DNA of 61,705 nucleotides, counting the filler, from Sphacelaria rigidula (Eukaryota): assembly GCA_964200075.2 (NCBI GenBank). It is 8 parts of 8 records of this genome, joined end to end, with 100 filler letters (N's around TTAATTAATTAA, not from the genome) between each part and the next. Parts side by side here need not be neighbours in the genome. Positions count along the whole stretch, not along the records: positions 46,357 to 53,981 come from CAXNAA020014045.1; positions 54,082 to 61,705 come from CAXNAA020014046.1; 6 more parts are not named here. The stretch is one strand, 5' to 3'. Positions 49,301-60,070 of this stretch are shown here, in pieces. Each line of letters starts with the position of its first letter. Positions within the stretch are counted from its first letter, which is position 1. Made by a program: the position numbers and the translations under genes. The notes under the pieces were generated by a model. The model was not told the origin of the DNA. It saw nothing but the letters and a program-made list of their open reading frames with translations, and searched no databases.

Positions 49301-49900
49301 TCGAGCGCAAGTTGACGCACAAAGAACTTGATCTGTGCTGCGAGGCATTCTCGTGAGTACGTCTGTTGGCATTCACCGGGCGCTTCGGAGCGCGTGATGA
49401 GGTGGAACTGTGACGTGAGCTGCCGTCGTGAGTGGAACCGCGAGTGGCGTTCTTCGGGCTTATAAAAACGCGCGATGAATTCACGCCTTGCTGGGAGTTG
49501 CCATTAGAACTGCCAGAACGGGAGGCGTGGTCGTGACCAAGTCTCGGTGTGCGGCGTCGGTCAGAAGCGCGAGAAGGGCTCTGCTGCGACGTTGAGGAAG
49601 GGCTGGACTCATGTTCGTTGAATTCACCATGAGTGACGAACGGAGGGCGCGATGTTGCCGAACGGGACGCCAGACGTGCGGGTGGCGTGGCAGGTGCGGA
49701 ATCATCATTGAATTGCACATGAGCAGACCCCGATTGATCTTGAAGCGTTGCATGGAAAAAGGCCGTAAACGCTTCGATGAGAACGGACGCTGGCGATGTC
49801 GACGACGCCGAAGGGGTGCGATGCATAGATTACATGGCAGCATGCATGGCCGCGTCAGGGGGGTTTGTTCGTGGTTACAGCGAACGAAGCCCGTATAATT
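46357..49900 (-). mobile_element. Long gag-like ORF of an LTR retrotransposon, disrupted by frameshifts and a stop, cut by contig end
   Basis: CCHC knuckle CINCSVQGHSMRDC (Cx2Cx4Hx4C) near the 3' end. Consecutive minus-strand ORFs 49826-49077, 49080-47590, 47485-46357. Intronless. Confidence 0.75.
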
Positions 49901-50235
49901 CCTGTGATTATACAGGCTCACCTACGTATCCGACCAATTCTGAATAGACTTGTAGTCTCCGGAACAAAAGCACGCCATGGCTAGAATCAACAACGGGTCT
50001 GAAGCGGCATCAACAGACTAATATGCGTCTTCATGACATGAACGTCATGTGTTGCACATATGCATTACAGGCTGCGATTGCCGAATAGTAGACAACCCAG
50101 AAAGAGACGAAGAAAGAACAAAAAAACTGTGACACCAAAATTCACCGAACTCCAACAAATCGAAGCTAAAGCCGGATTTTAAAGCAAACAGATTTTCGGC
50201 CCACGGATTGTTCATTTCGTAGGGCTGGGGACTGG

Positions 50236-50247
50236 CGCTACGCACCA
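50236..50247 (-). promoter_or_regulatory. Candidate primer-binding site (TGGTGCGTAGCG)
   Basis: Begins TGG (complement of tRNA CCA) about 350 bp upstream of the gag-like ORF; TGGTGCGT would pair with a tRNA-Gly-type ...ACGCACCA end. Confidence 0.4.
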
Positions 50248-50472
50248 GTACCAGGTAAACTGGCTGCGTAAAGCAGTCAGTTCACTGGGTCCTATCAGTA
50301 CACTGGTGTCGCGGCTGCGCCGCGACCATCGGTCCCCCTGGCTGGTGAGGGGGCCCCGCCGGAGGCGTATTTTTACGCGATTTGGCTTCACTAGAAGATA
50401 TGTTTTGGATTATTTTGGGCTCCTTTGATGATGCCTGCCCGGGTGTGAAAACGTTTCTTCTTCAAATAGTTG

Positions 50473-50930
50473 TTAGTATACCCAAAGAAAAACTCCAACA
50501 ATCGTGTTGAACCAATGCAAGCATTCATGCGCAATCGCCATGCAGGCGTTGTACGCATCTCGATGACCGGGAAATTCGGTGTTGAGGTGCCTCAAAAGGT
50601 TACTTGGAGACTGCGAGTATTTGATCTCCGCTCGCTCATGTTCCTCCCGCTCGATGCACAAAGTGCACACGGCGTACTCCCGCAAACGCCTCAAAACGTA
50701 ACTTTCGAAGTACGCCCAGCTGGGTGCAGTCGCAGCAGCCGGCTTTGACTTTCGAGGCTGCGTCTTAACCCTCACCAGGCACTCCTCGCGCAGTTTGTTC
50801 TTCCGAACACCGCGAGGCACGATCGCCATTACTTCTGCGTCACCAGATTCGCTGGAGGCCGCGGCGGGTTCAGGTATCTGAGGCCCGGGCTCGGGTCTGA
50901 AGCGGGCGGGCTGCTGCTGCTAGTGACATA
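50473..50930 (-). mobile_element. BED zinc-finger fragment, likely the N-terminus of a deleted hAT transposase
   Basis: SWAYF...YAVCTLC...SPSNLLRHLNTEFPGH matches the BED pattern. Flanks have ACTGG/CCAGT repeats; 50335-50367 recurs inverted at about 36222-36256. Confidence 0.7.
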
Positions 50931-51169
50931 TTGGTCCATTGATTTTGTGGTCTCCCTCTAGTGTGTGTGTGCCCTGTTCTCAACCTCTCTCCTTTCCTGC
51001 CTCTCATGCGGCGCAGTTCGGTGGATTTCCATGTGGTTCAGGAGGCATAATATAGGACGTACGTGAAATGGGTATGTACTGGCTGTACTGGCAGCCTCTG
51101 ACGCTGTACAGGAAACTGCCAGTACAGAAATACTGTCAGTAGGTACTGGTCCAGTCCCAAAAGCTATCA

Positions 51170-51603
51170 TTTCGGGACCTCTAAGCCACTTTTTGACCCA
51201 CTTACGGGGAACGTCGCCAACACACGTCTCGGACACTTTGTATCGTCCCACAGAGAAAAGCCTTGTCTGTTTTTCTAATTCCCTTGGCTCCGAGATTTCG
51301 AGATTGGTCGCTGAGCAATAATTCGTGTGCAAAAATCTGTGCTTGCCGACCCCCGCCAGTTTGCACAATAATCTGTGGAGATCGCCGTAGATTTTATTAC
51401 ACACGGATTATTGTTCAGCGGCCGCTCTCGAAACCATGGAGCCAAGCGAATCTGGAAAGTGGGCTAGGCTCCCCTCTGTGGGGTGATTCAACGTCTCCAA
51501 GACGTGTGTTGGCGATTTTCTCTGTTTGGGGGTCAAAAAGTGGCTGAACGTCCCAAACGTGAACAATCCGTGGGCCAAACATCTGTGTGCCAAACACCCG
51601 GCC
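51170..51603. mobile_element. Harbinger-like MITE, second family
   Basis: Inverted arms AGCCACTTTTTGACCC..TCGCCAACACACGTCT; ends CCGGCC|TTA; opposite end TAA|GGCCGG seen at 60082-60210. Confidence 0.65.
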
Positions 51604-51774
51604 TTAGAAACAAAAAAATGCCTGGGAAAAAAGCGCCACGCAGTAAGCTGCAATTTTTAGTGTTCTTGCTCACGCTCTCACTGATCGGACGCCTATACGC
51701 TGTAAGAAAAACTAATCGTGTCACCGCTTCAACGTGAGTGTGTTGCACATATACAGTCTATATATGGTCCGAAG

Positions 51775-52310
51775 AAAACTCTAGCCTGAAGGAAACATCG
51801 ACGCTTTTCTTGCTTTTTGGTGTCTTTTGCGCGTTCATCGTGTATGCATGTAAGATTAAAGTCTCCGTTTTTCATAATCAAAGCGTCAGAACTACCATCA
51901 GGGCTCCTCGTGTGACCAACTACGTGCATATGTAGGCACTGATAGCTTAGGTCAACGTGGAATCTTGCCCTCGTCTGAGGTTAGCGGTGATGGAAAATCA
52001 TTGCACTACCAAATTAACCATACATCATTATGTGTTTTGCCCAAAGCAGCCACACATATACAGCGACATCGTGCGAAGGAAACTCTAGCCCGAAGGAAGC
52101 AGAGATGCTCTTCTTGCGTTTTGGTATCTCCTGTGCTCGTCGCGTATGCGTGTAAAGAATCAATTTTCCGTTGTTCATAATCAAAGTGTCAGAGCCAACA
52201 TCAGGGCTCCGCGTATTGCCTATTACGCACATACTTTCAGGCACTGACAGCTTGGGTCGAAGTTCTCGCCCTCGTCGAAGGTGAACGGTGATGGGAAAAC
52301 ATTGCACTAT
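51775..52310. repeat. Diverged tandem duplication, ~235-bp unit at ~303-bp spacing
   Basis: AAACTCTAGCC.GAAGGAA, TTCATAATCAAAG.GTCAGA, AGGCACTGA.AGCTT.GGTC and CGGTGATGG.AAA.CATTGCACTA all occur twice. Confidence 0.8.
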
Positions 52311-52424
52311 CTCATCAAGCTTTCGAAGATGAAAAACGTCACAGGGTGACGTGGAGCTGAAGGGGTTTGTGAAGCGTACTGTTTTGAGAGTAGATCTAAT
52401 TGTTCCGCTTGCACGGAAGCGTTT

Positions 52425-52668
52425 TGTGACGACAGCAGGTTGCTAGCACTGCCGTGTCGTATGCTGTTGAGGGACACCCCAGTTCCACTGGCCTCAGGTT
52501 TCAGTTGTCAGCCTTTACAACATCTCATTATCCACGAGTAAACAGCTGCAGCCCGTACCGTCAGGCATAGGCTACACAGCAAGGATCATCACCCGCAGGA
52601 TGCCCTTGTCCCCTGGTCATCATCGAGGATCCACTACATATTTGACGTGGCGGCGTGATTTCGTCACA
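52425..52668 (-). repeat. 3' LTR (244 bp) of the second Gypsy element
   Basis: Perfect 8-bp terminal inverted repeat TGTGACGA...TCGTCACA; preceded on minus by PPT-like TTTAGGGGTGC. Confidence 0.75.
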
Positions 52669-52799
52669 GCACCCCTAAACCGCGTTGGACGAGAATCGAG
52701 CAACAAGCTTGACACTCAAAAAAATAACGCCAAAACGATTCAGCAAGTCACAGCTGAATCCCACTATCGGCGTACGATCAAAACGACGTCGATACACTC

Positions 52800-53915
52800 T
52801 ATTAAGAGCGCCCATTCCACCGGCGGCAACACGCCCACCCACTCGGAAACCGCTCTACGCTGCTCGAGAAGAACAGAGCGAAGAGCTCGAACTACTTCCT
52901 TGACCATGCGTACGCACGTAGCGTTAGACTACGGAGAATACGCTACCGCAAAGTGGTAATCAACGCGCAAAGTCTCTCGCAATCGGGCCAAGATCGCATT
53001 ATTGAAATGCGTGTAAGTATCACTCACCCACACACGGCGCGCCCCCAAAGGTTTGCACCAATTCAACAAAAACGCAGCAGTCGATTCAGCAGTACACACT
53101 GCTACTGCTTCCAGAGCCACGGAGTTGCTCAAATCATCCATGATTACCAAAATATATCGAAACCCCGCATACTCCGACAAACCTTGGGAAGCTAGCGGGC
53201 CACTCTCGCCCACGTACAAGAAGTCAAAATGAACGAGTACATTCGGCGTGGTCGCATGGACCGTTTCGCCGAGCGGACGGGGAACAACATCGCCCGCCCT
53301 CGAGTCAGCACAGTGAAGACACTGGTGGACAAATTCGCACACATAAGTTTCTATCCCCTGCCAGATACAAAACGCTTGCAAGCGCACGAGCGTCGCAGCC
53401 ACACCACGATGCCCGGCGTCGCGCATGTGCGCGCAAATCATCAGACGTACCTGCAACTGCTTGTCAGAACTCGGAATCCACAAGACGTTTCGGTCACGCA
53501 CATGCACACGAAACAGACCTTCATTTTCCAAGATAGCAGTACCGTCGTCCGACTCAAAAGATTGCACATTCGCCTCTTCGGTCCCAAGGTCTTTTCGTTG
53601 CGCTTGGCGGACAACAGATTTGAACGGCATCGAGTCATCAGGTTCACACGGACCATACCCAGCCACAGCGCGTGCAGGCAAAGTGGGAATGTTTACCCAG
53701 CGCGACAGCAAGTCACCCCACGCGTTACGTTCACCCGAAATAGGACAAATTGTGTACCGATACTGGCCTAATACACCTTTCCACCCCTCCAACCGCTGTG
53801 CCAGCGCCTTAGACACAGACGTCACGCATCCCTCCGGGTTGAAAATGTACGTTAGATTTCGGTGATTCGTGAAAATGTGCACGCCATTCCACAATAGATG
53901 CTTGAGACAACGAAA
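52800..53915 (-). mobile_element. Decayed Ty3/Gypsy RNase H - integrase fragment (different family from 26420-30735)
   Basis: IFTNHRNLTYIF, NAWGDLLSR, CAH...GHRG...CLHC, VHFDFLY, WVSD, YSP*SNATCVRM. Confidence 0.9.
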
Positions 53916-53916
53916 T

Positions 53917-53981
53917 AACAACAAATTGTGCGAATTGAGGTTTAACTTCGAGATGAGGCTCAAGCCTAGAACAGTGCTTTC
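53917..53981. repeat. Same unidentified repeat terminus as 30739-30803
   Basis: 3 mismatches over ~65 bp; the Gypsy RNase H reading is lost at this junction. Confidence 0.85.
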
Positions 53982-54081
53982 NNNNNNNNNNNNNNNNNNN
54001 NNNNNNNNNNNNNNNNNNNNNNNNNTTAATTAATTAANNNNNNNNNNNNNNNNNNNNNNNNNNNNNNNNNNNNNNNNNNNN
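53982..54081. other. Artificial contig-join linker
   Basis: N44-TTAATTAATTAA-N44. Confidence 0.97.
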
Positions 54082-55644
54082 GGCGAGTCGCATGAAGGGT
54101 GAGCTGCATCCTGCGAAGATTCTTCGGCCCGAACCCTATGGATTATCTTGCATTTAGATGGCAGCCTACAATGAGTTGCTTTATTTTCTGGCATCGCCAC
54201 TTCCACAGGCAGCCACGGCTTGGACACTGCCTCAGCCTAATGGGTGTCTCACCATTTAAACATCACGTAGTACGATCATCCCCTTTGTGCGGAGTTGAGG
54301 TTCTCCCACGCCGCACAACATGATCTAACTCGACTACCATCATGGTCACCGCAAAAAAACGCAAGCGCGCAAAAGAAATCGGTAACCTGGTTGCCTAGAT
54401 TAAGCAGTGAGAAGCGTGTTTCACAGTGTCATCGCCAACCGACGCCAACCCCATTGGGGGCCCGTCCCTACAAAGTCGGGACGGAGCACGCCGGGTTCTC
54501 GCCGGACCAGGCTAGTGACGGGGAGTGGGGGATGTACTCATGATCATGCATGCCATAGTCACAAGACCATTGACCTCGCGGGGAGTGTGTGTGTGGGGGG
54601 GTTGAATGACTGGTAGCAAAAAACAACCCAACCGTCGAAGCAGCCTGCGCATGCCGTGGAAGTATTCAGTCGTCACGGTTGATAGCCAATGATGATTGCG
54701 GCGTGCTCCGCCGGTAGTACCGTATTGTTTCCGACATACGCGCCGTATCGTTTTCCGACATACAGGTGGTGAAAGTCTCGATCATCATGCACGAGTATTC
54801 GGACAGATATTGTGGGACACGTCTCCCAGATCATTTGTGGCGAAAGTCCCTGTCCCCTCCCTCCGCCTGCCAAAAAGTACCAAGAAACGCGGGTACACGG
54901 CATCTTGCCTTTGCGTCCGTCGTACTCGACCGAGCGTGAATCCAATTTCGAGTATAGCTTCGCTCTGTGGTATGAACTGCTCTACGGTATTCACGACATG
55001 CACGTTTGGTGAGCGCTCTGTACGGTTGGATCTTCCTGCAGTCGTTCGCTCTTCGTATTGTAGGCTACCACGCAGTAGCAGGAGCCATTTTCCTCTACAC
55101 CCCCCAACAGTGTTTAGTCTTCACTTTTTCCCGTGCGAGTGTTTCGGAGCAGAAGAGCCATGGAGATGGTACTGCGATTGGGAAGAGACTGTAGCACTGC
55201 GCCACAAAGCGCTCGACTGGTTCACGTGAAATAACGACTCACTTTATGCCTAGATATAGTCGCCAGAATCACGTCACGTGGGTGAAAAGAATGGCATGTG
55301 AAGTGGCTGCGCCAGAGGGAGCGATATCTACCTCCTTGCTCGACGTAATGGAAGGAAGTACCGCGGGAGTAATGCAGAGTGCGGAGTTGGGGGAGAGGCT
55401 ATCGCTGTGCCTGGTTTCATGAAACGGAATGCGTTGGCATGCACCGAACCGTTCGGAACAGAGATTGTTGGACCAGATATTTTGCCGCGGTTGTTCTTGG
55501 AAGAAGGTTCCTTTTCTTCATGCATTTCAAGTGAAGGATGCTGGGGCTCGGAACTTGGGGGATGCAACGGAGCCTTTTCGGAGGCCGACGACCGTCAATC
55601 TCACTTCTAGATGGTGTCTATTTGGCGTATTCTTATGTGCGTGC

Positions 55645-55648
<4 letters not shown>

Positions 55649-55741
<93 letters not shown>
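55649..55741. repeat. (GT)n microsatellite in RPB3 intron
   Basis: About 46 uninterrupted GT units. Confidence 0.95.
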
Positions 55742-55743
<2 letters not shown>

Positions 55744-55795
55744 TGTCCTCATCGTGTGTGCGATCAATGGTTTGTGGTGCGTGGATCGGCCGCAG

Positions 55796-55936
55796 GACTG
55801 TGACTGTGAAGACTACTGCGCCAAGTGCTCGGCAGTGTTCACGTTGGACGTCAACTGGGAGGAAAAGGCGAGGGACAGACCAGAGCACATGCGGGACCAG
55901 CCGGTGCACATCACCTCCGCTGATCTCGTCGGATCG
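55796..55936 (+). CDS. RPB3: RNA polymerase II subunit RPB3, internal exon
   Basis: Zinc motif DCDCEDYCAKCSAVFTLDV...ITSADL (CxCx3Cx2C typical of RPB3, not AC40); cgcag| and |gtgagc. Confidence 0.9.
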
Positions 55937-55960
55937 GTGAGCAGGACTTGACTTGTTCCT

Positions 55961-56208
55961 GATTGATTGATTGATTGATTGTCACACTTTAACTGACCCT
56001 CCAGGGGTCCAGCCGTGGTCTCATAATAGACGTGCCCAAGAAGAACAAAAATGAAACACTCGCTAAAGAAAAGAAGGGACGGAAAAAATAAGAAATAAAG
56101 GAAATAAAAAGTCGAATAGAACGACATAGTAGACTAGGACTCAACAAAAAAAGAATGACAGGAAAGTCAACAAAAGCAAGGCACAGAAAGTGATGGCCGA
56201 CCTGAAGA
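55961..56208 (-). mobile_element. 5'-truncated LINE-like 3' end with (AATC)n tail, in RPB3 intron
   Basis: (GATT)5 then GTCACACTTTAACTGACCCTCCAGGGGTCCAGCCGTGGTCTCAT; aligns with 12436-12670. Confidence 0.75.
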
Positions 56209-57376
56209 AAAAACAACTCTGTACCTTTTAGTGTTTTGTAGTATCTGATCGAGGAACCAAACAGAAAAACCCGTCTTGCTCGATCCTGCCGGAGTTTCAA
56301 GCTAGAGCCGAATTTTTCATGTCTATAACAAGCATCTTTGACATATGTTCATTGGCCAAAAACTTTTAGTTTTCTTTTGTTTTTGTCGAGACGGTTAAGC
56401 CAGCGGTGGCGCAGTGTCATCCAGGAGACACAATGTCATGCCTGGCAAACCCTTCTTCTTGTTTTTTCTCCCGGCTGGTTTGAGCGTCGTGGTCAGGCCT
56501 ATGCGCTCAGTACCCCGCAGATTCGGCACAACGATCATTTGATAGTCTTCAACCATTGGCGAAACTTCCTTTCGATACCTGACTGTCATTTTGTTATCGA
56601 GCGTTGGATTAGCGCTCACGTAGTCTCGTTAAATTTCATGTGATTATAACCGTCAGGATGTACACTTTTTACAATAGCTGCCCATCCCCAAAAGCGGCTG
56701 GTTCGGGGAGGCAAAATCTAGACGTGGATCGAAATAAAAAACCGAGCACAACGAGCAGCTGGGAATTCCCACGCTTTGGTTCGTGTTCTCCAATGTCGCT
56801 CGTGTAAGGCGCTTCATGCAGCCTGAAACCAAACATCAGGCGCTGTATAACCATTTTTCTTTGTCACGGTTATGGCTGGTTTTGGGTGGGCTGCATCGTA
56901 GAAAGTGACGGTGTCACTAGTGTTCTATTCTGTTTTTTTCTCCGTTTCAAAAGAATAACGACTATTCCTCATGCGTTACAGTGTGAAGGAGCACATCGCC
57001 AACGCGAGTGGCGCCATTGTGTGCTGGTTTTCATTGTATTACTAAACCAGCACACAAGGTGCTTCGTCCGGTACAGATCAAACGTACTGCTCTCAAACAG
57101 TGGGCAACGAACACGCAGGTCATTTCGTTGTTCCTGTGGATATTTGGGGATCATCACTGTACTGCGACGCTCTCTACTTTATTGGTGGCCTGATCGTACG
57201 AGAAACATTTTTTTCAGTATGTACAGTACCACGACAACGACCACCGGATGAACTCTCGACGTGTGACAGCGCGCACCGCGTACCCCGCACCGAGCATTTT
57301 TTGTCTCGATCAAACTCCTTGCCAATTCTGGAAGTGCTTCCTTTTGATCCCATGTTGTCGTGTGTCATGTATTGCG

Positions 57377-57408
57377 TGTGACGTGTGACGTGTGACGTGT
57401 GACGTGTG
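57377..57408. repeat. (GTGACGT)n heptamer tandem just upstream of an RPB3 acceptor
   Basis: About 4.5 perfect units. Confidence 0.85.
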
Positions 57409-57423
57409 ATGTGTCGATCGCAG

Positions 57424-57517
57424 GATCCACGGTTACGGCCGGTGCACTTTGCGCCTTCTGATCAGAACAGCGACATATCGCAGGATCAGGGAATTATCAT
57501 CGCCAAACTTGCCAAGG
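57424..57517 (+). CDS. RPB3: RPB3 internal exon
   Basis: DPRLRPVHF...QDQGIIIAKLAK(G); cgcag| and |gtgggt, phases 0/1. Confidence 0.88.
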
Positions 57518-57808
57518 GTGGGTGGGTGGATGTGTATTGTGCACGTTTTGCTCTGTCATACTCCACGGAAAAAGCCCGTATCACTTGCGCCTGCTTTTTT
57601 TGTTCATTTCCTGTGCTCAAGTGAAGGTTGCCGGTACAGGGGTATAGGGGACAATCGTTGGCTGTTTCTTGCGAGTCAATCCATCGGGACAGCTCACTCG
57701 TGCTTCTTACTCCCGTTCCGTTCCAATCTCTGTCTCTGTCTGTCTCTGTCTGTCTCTCTATCTCCCGACCCCTCTCTCTGTTTGTCTGTCTTTTATCTCT
57801 TATTTCAG

Positions 57809-58255
57809 CACCCTGGACAATGGATTCTTTTGTCAAAAATATACTGCGTACAGTATGGAATCTATTGTCTATTGCAATAGCCGCAATAGTCGACACTGTA
57901 CGCAGTACACTTTTGGACTGTGTTTTCCATTGTCCAGGGTATGCTTGTTTCTTCTCTTTGTCCAATTTAGTCCGTTTGTTTGCTTTGTCTTCCCTCCTTG
58001 CCTTTTGTGTTGAGTTTCCCTCTGCTAGTGTTTCCGCTGTTTTACCTTGGCTAACCACGTCCATCTTGTTATTATCTTGTACACACCCTGGAAAATGACT
58101 CTGTGGTCAATAGATGCAATAGATAAGAAATGTACTGGGTAAAGCATAGGACTATTGTATCTATTGTCGGACAATGATCAACAGATGCGAGAGATACGAA
58201 ATGTACTGGGTAAAGTATTGGTCTATTGCATATATTGTCATTACTGTATCCAGAA
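57809..58255. mobile_element. Two CACCCTGG-family MITE copies (57809-57940 and about 58082-58255) in RPB3 intron
   Basis: CACCCTGGACAATGG...CCATTGTCCAGGGT; TACTG(C/G)GTA.AGTAT and CTATTG motifs as at 17738. Confidence 0.7.
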
Positions 58256-58704
58256 TATAATGTTGTGTTGACTTGTGTTCACGATTCGCAGCAGTGTTTA
58301 TTATTACCACATGTTTGATAAGAACTTTCCCGGAATTTTATTACCTGATTTGAGTGTCAACACCGATATTCGGATCTTAAGCGGGGCTGACAGCCCCATC
58401 AGACCCGACCGTGCGCAGAACACGTTTTTGTCAAAATCGGCGCCTGCGGCGCCGACTCAAGGTCTGCCAACGCCGCACTTTGCCTAGGGAACGCTTCGCA
58501 CCCCCCTTGCCCGAGGGTTCTCGGTATACATGCCTTGGGTTGGGGTTAAGGTGTTTATTTAGTTCGAAATGATATGGTTCCGAGAAATTTCTCCATCGAA
58601 CAAGTGGTGCACACACCTCAGCGATCGATTTATGACTCCGTCGATCTACCTGAACCCGCATCCTGCCGACCATCGCACCCGACGCGTGCGTGTCTATATT
58701 TCAG

Positions 58705-58883
58705 GGCAGAGAATGCAGTTGACTGCTGTCGCGAAAAAGGGCATCGCCAAAGAGCACGCCAAGTGGTCGCCCGTTGCGGTCGCCACATACAAGTACGAGC
58801 CGATCATTGAGATCAACGAGGAGGTGGAGAGGCAGCTCACCCCCGACCAGAGAGCGGAGTTTGTGGAGATCTGCCCGGCCAAG
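58705..58883 (+). CDS. RPB3: RPB3 internal exon (gene 5'- and 3'-partial on this contig)
   Basis: [35 protein letters not shown]...ICPAK; tttcag| and |gtgggg. Confidence 0.93.
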
Positions 58884-58959
58884 GTGGGGGACTGTACGGT
58901 ACTGTAGTAGTAGAAGTCGATCCATTTGCAGTTGATACGGTCATTCGACCTCATTTTTT

Positions 58960-59175
58960 TTAACTTGAATTTTTGGCATTGGTTAGTGTAAACTTGGAAG
59001 TTTGATATATTCAAGTGTGAAATTGGAATTTTGGCATATTTGAGTGTGAAATTGGAATTTTGGCATCTTCAAGAGTGAAATTGGAATTTCCGCATATCTA
59101 AGTGTGGAAGTCAGATTTCCTCATATCTAAATGTTACACTTGGATTTTGCCATGTTTATGCGTGGGCTTGGGATT
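58960..59175. repeat. ~30-bp degenerate tandem repeat
   Basis: AGTGTGAAATTGGAATTTTGGCATATT-like unit about 7 times. Confidence 0.8.
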
Positions 59176-59444
59176 TCGTTATCATAGAGTATTGCTTGCT
59201 TTTAATGACGGATTTTAATAACGGATTTTCGTCATGAAAATAAGATGCGCGCATGTACCTTATTCGAGGGTATGCAAAACCGTCTGTTTCGCTTGTAAAT
59301 GAGCATCCCAGTTTCCGAAACGTATGCATGCCCCTCGGTGTCAGTCACCATCATGAGTATGTGTCGAGGTCCGGGTCGTAGAAGTCACTGACAGCTGTTT
59401 ACAAAAATCTGGCATTTACAGCTGAAGGCATGTTGTCGCCGATA

Positions 59445-60070
59445 ATATATATACATATATACAAGGAGTTCGGCGGCTTCCGCCGCCACGCTCAATGAGA
59501 TCGATAACCAAGGTACATGAGGACCGGTCATCGTTGCTCGCATTAGGTGACGGAACAGATCATAGCTTCAAGTGCAGTACATTGCGCTGTGTGCATATTA
59601 TGGAGACTCGTGTCCCGGGGGCAGGGTATGAAGAAGAGGCTTAATGATGTTTTTTTGACGATTGTACCGATACGGTAGAGCGGGCAAAAGACTACCTCCA
59701 CCGTCGAAGAACAGATACGAAGACACTCTACGTTTTCCACCAACAGCAACGAAGAGGAACCCGATACCCGGGGACACAAAGACTTGCGACGGACACACAC
59801 GATTGTTCGCAACCATGAGTCCAGTACTATGGCACCGCAGAAACGCCCATCGTACGGAACAGGGTCTAGAAACAGCAACTGAAAAGGCATAAAATATTCA
59901 TTCCCCCTCCTTCGTGGGCAACAACGAAGCAGCAATACCCGCAATGTAATGGATATATAAGAGAAACGGAAGAAGTGAGACAACAATCGACCAACAGTAG
60001 CGACCGATATCCCCCAAAACACGGTAAACGACGACCACGGATTCAACATGACAGACTATCCCGTCGTGCG
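59445..60070 (-). mobile_element. Probable non-LTR element 3' region with (TA/TATG)n tail
   Basis: Minus strand ends GGCGGCGGAAGCCGCCGAACTCCTTG-TATATATGTATATATAT (GC hairpin then simple tail). 5' boundary uncertain. Confidence 0.45.

Noticed and set aside
24968..50247. One giant retroelement (gag at 46-50 kb, pol at 26-31 kb) that captured HADH
   Set aside because: The pieces lie on different size-sorted contigs; adjacency is artificial
26861..52931. Stop-codon reassignment or targeted hypermutation (stops at expected Trp positions 26861, 28226, 29542, 52929)
   Set aside because: All three stop types occur alongside frameshifts, and host genes use TGA as a stop; consistent with ordinary transition decay of TGG
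517..58883. CK2-beta / HADH / RPB3 as a functional gene cluster
   Set aside because: Each is on a separate unlinked contig
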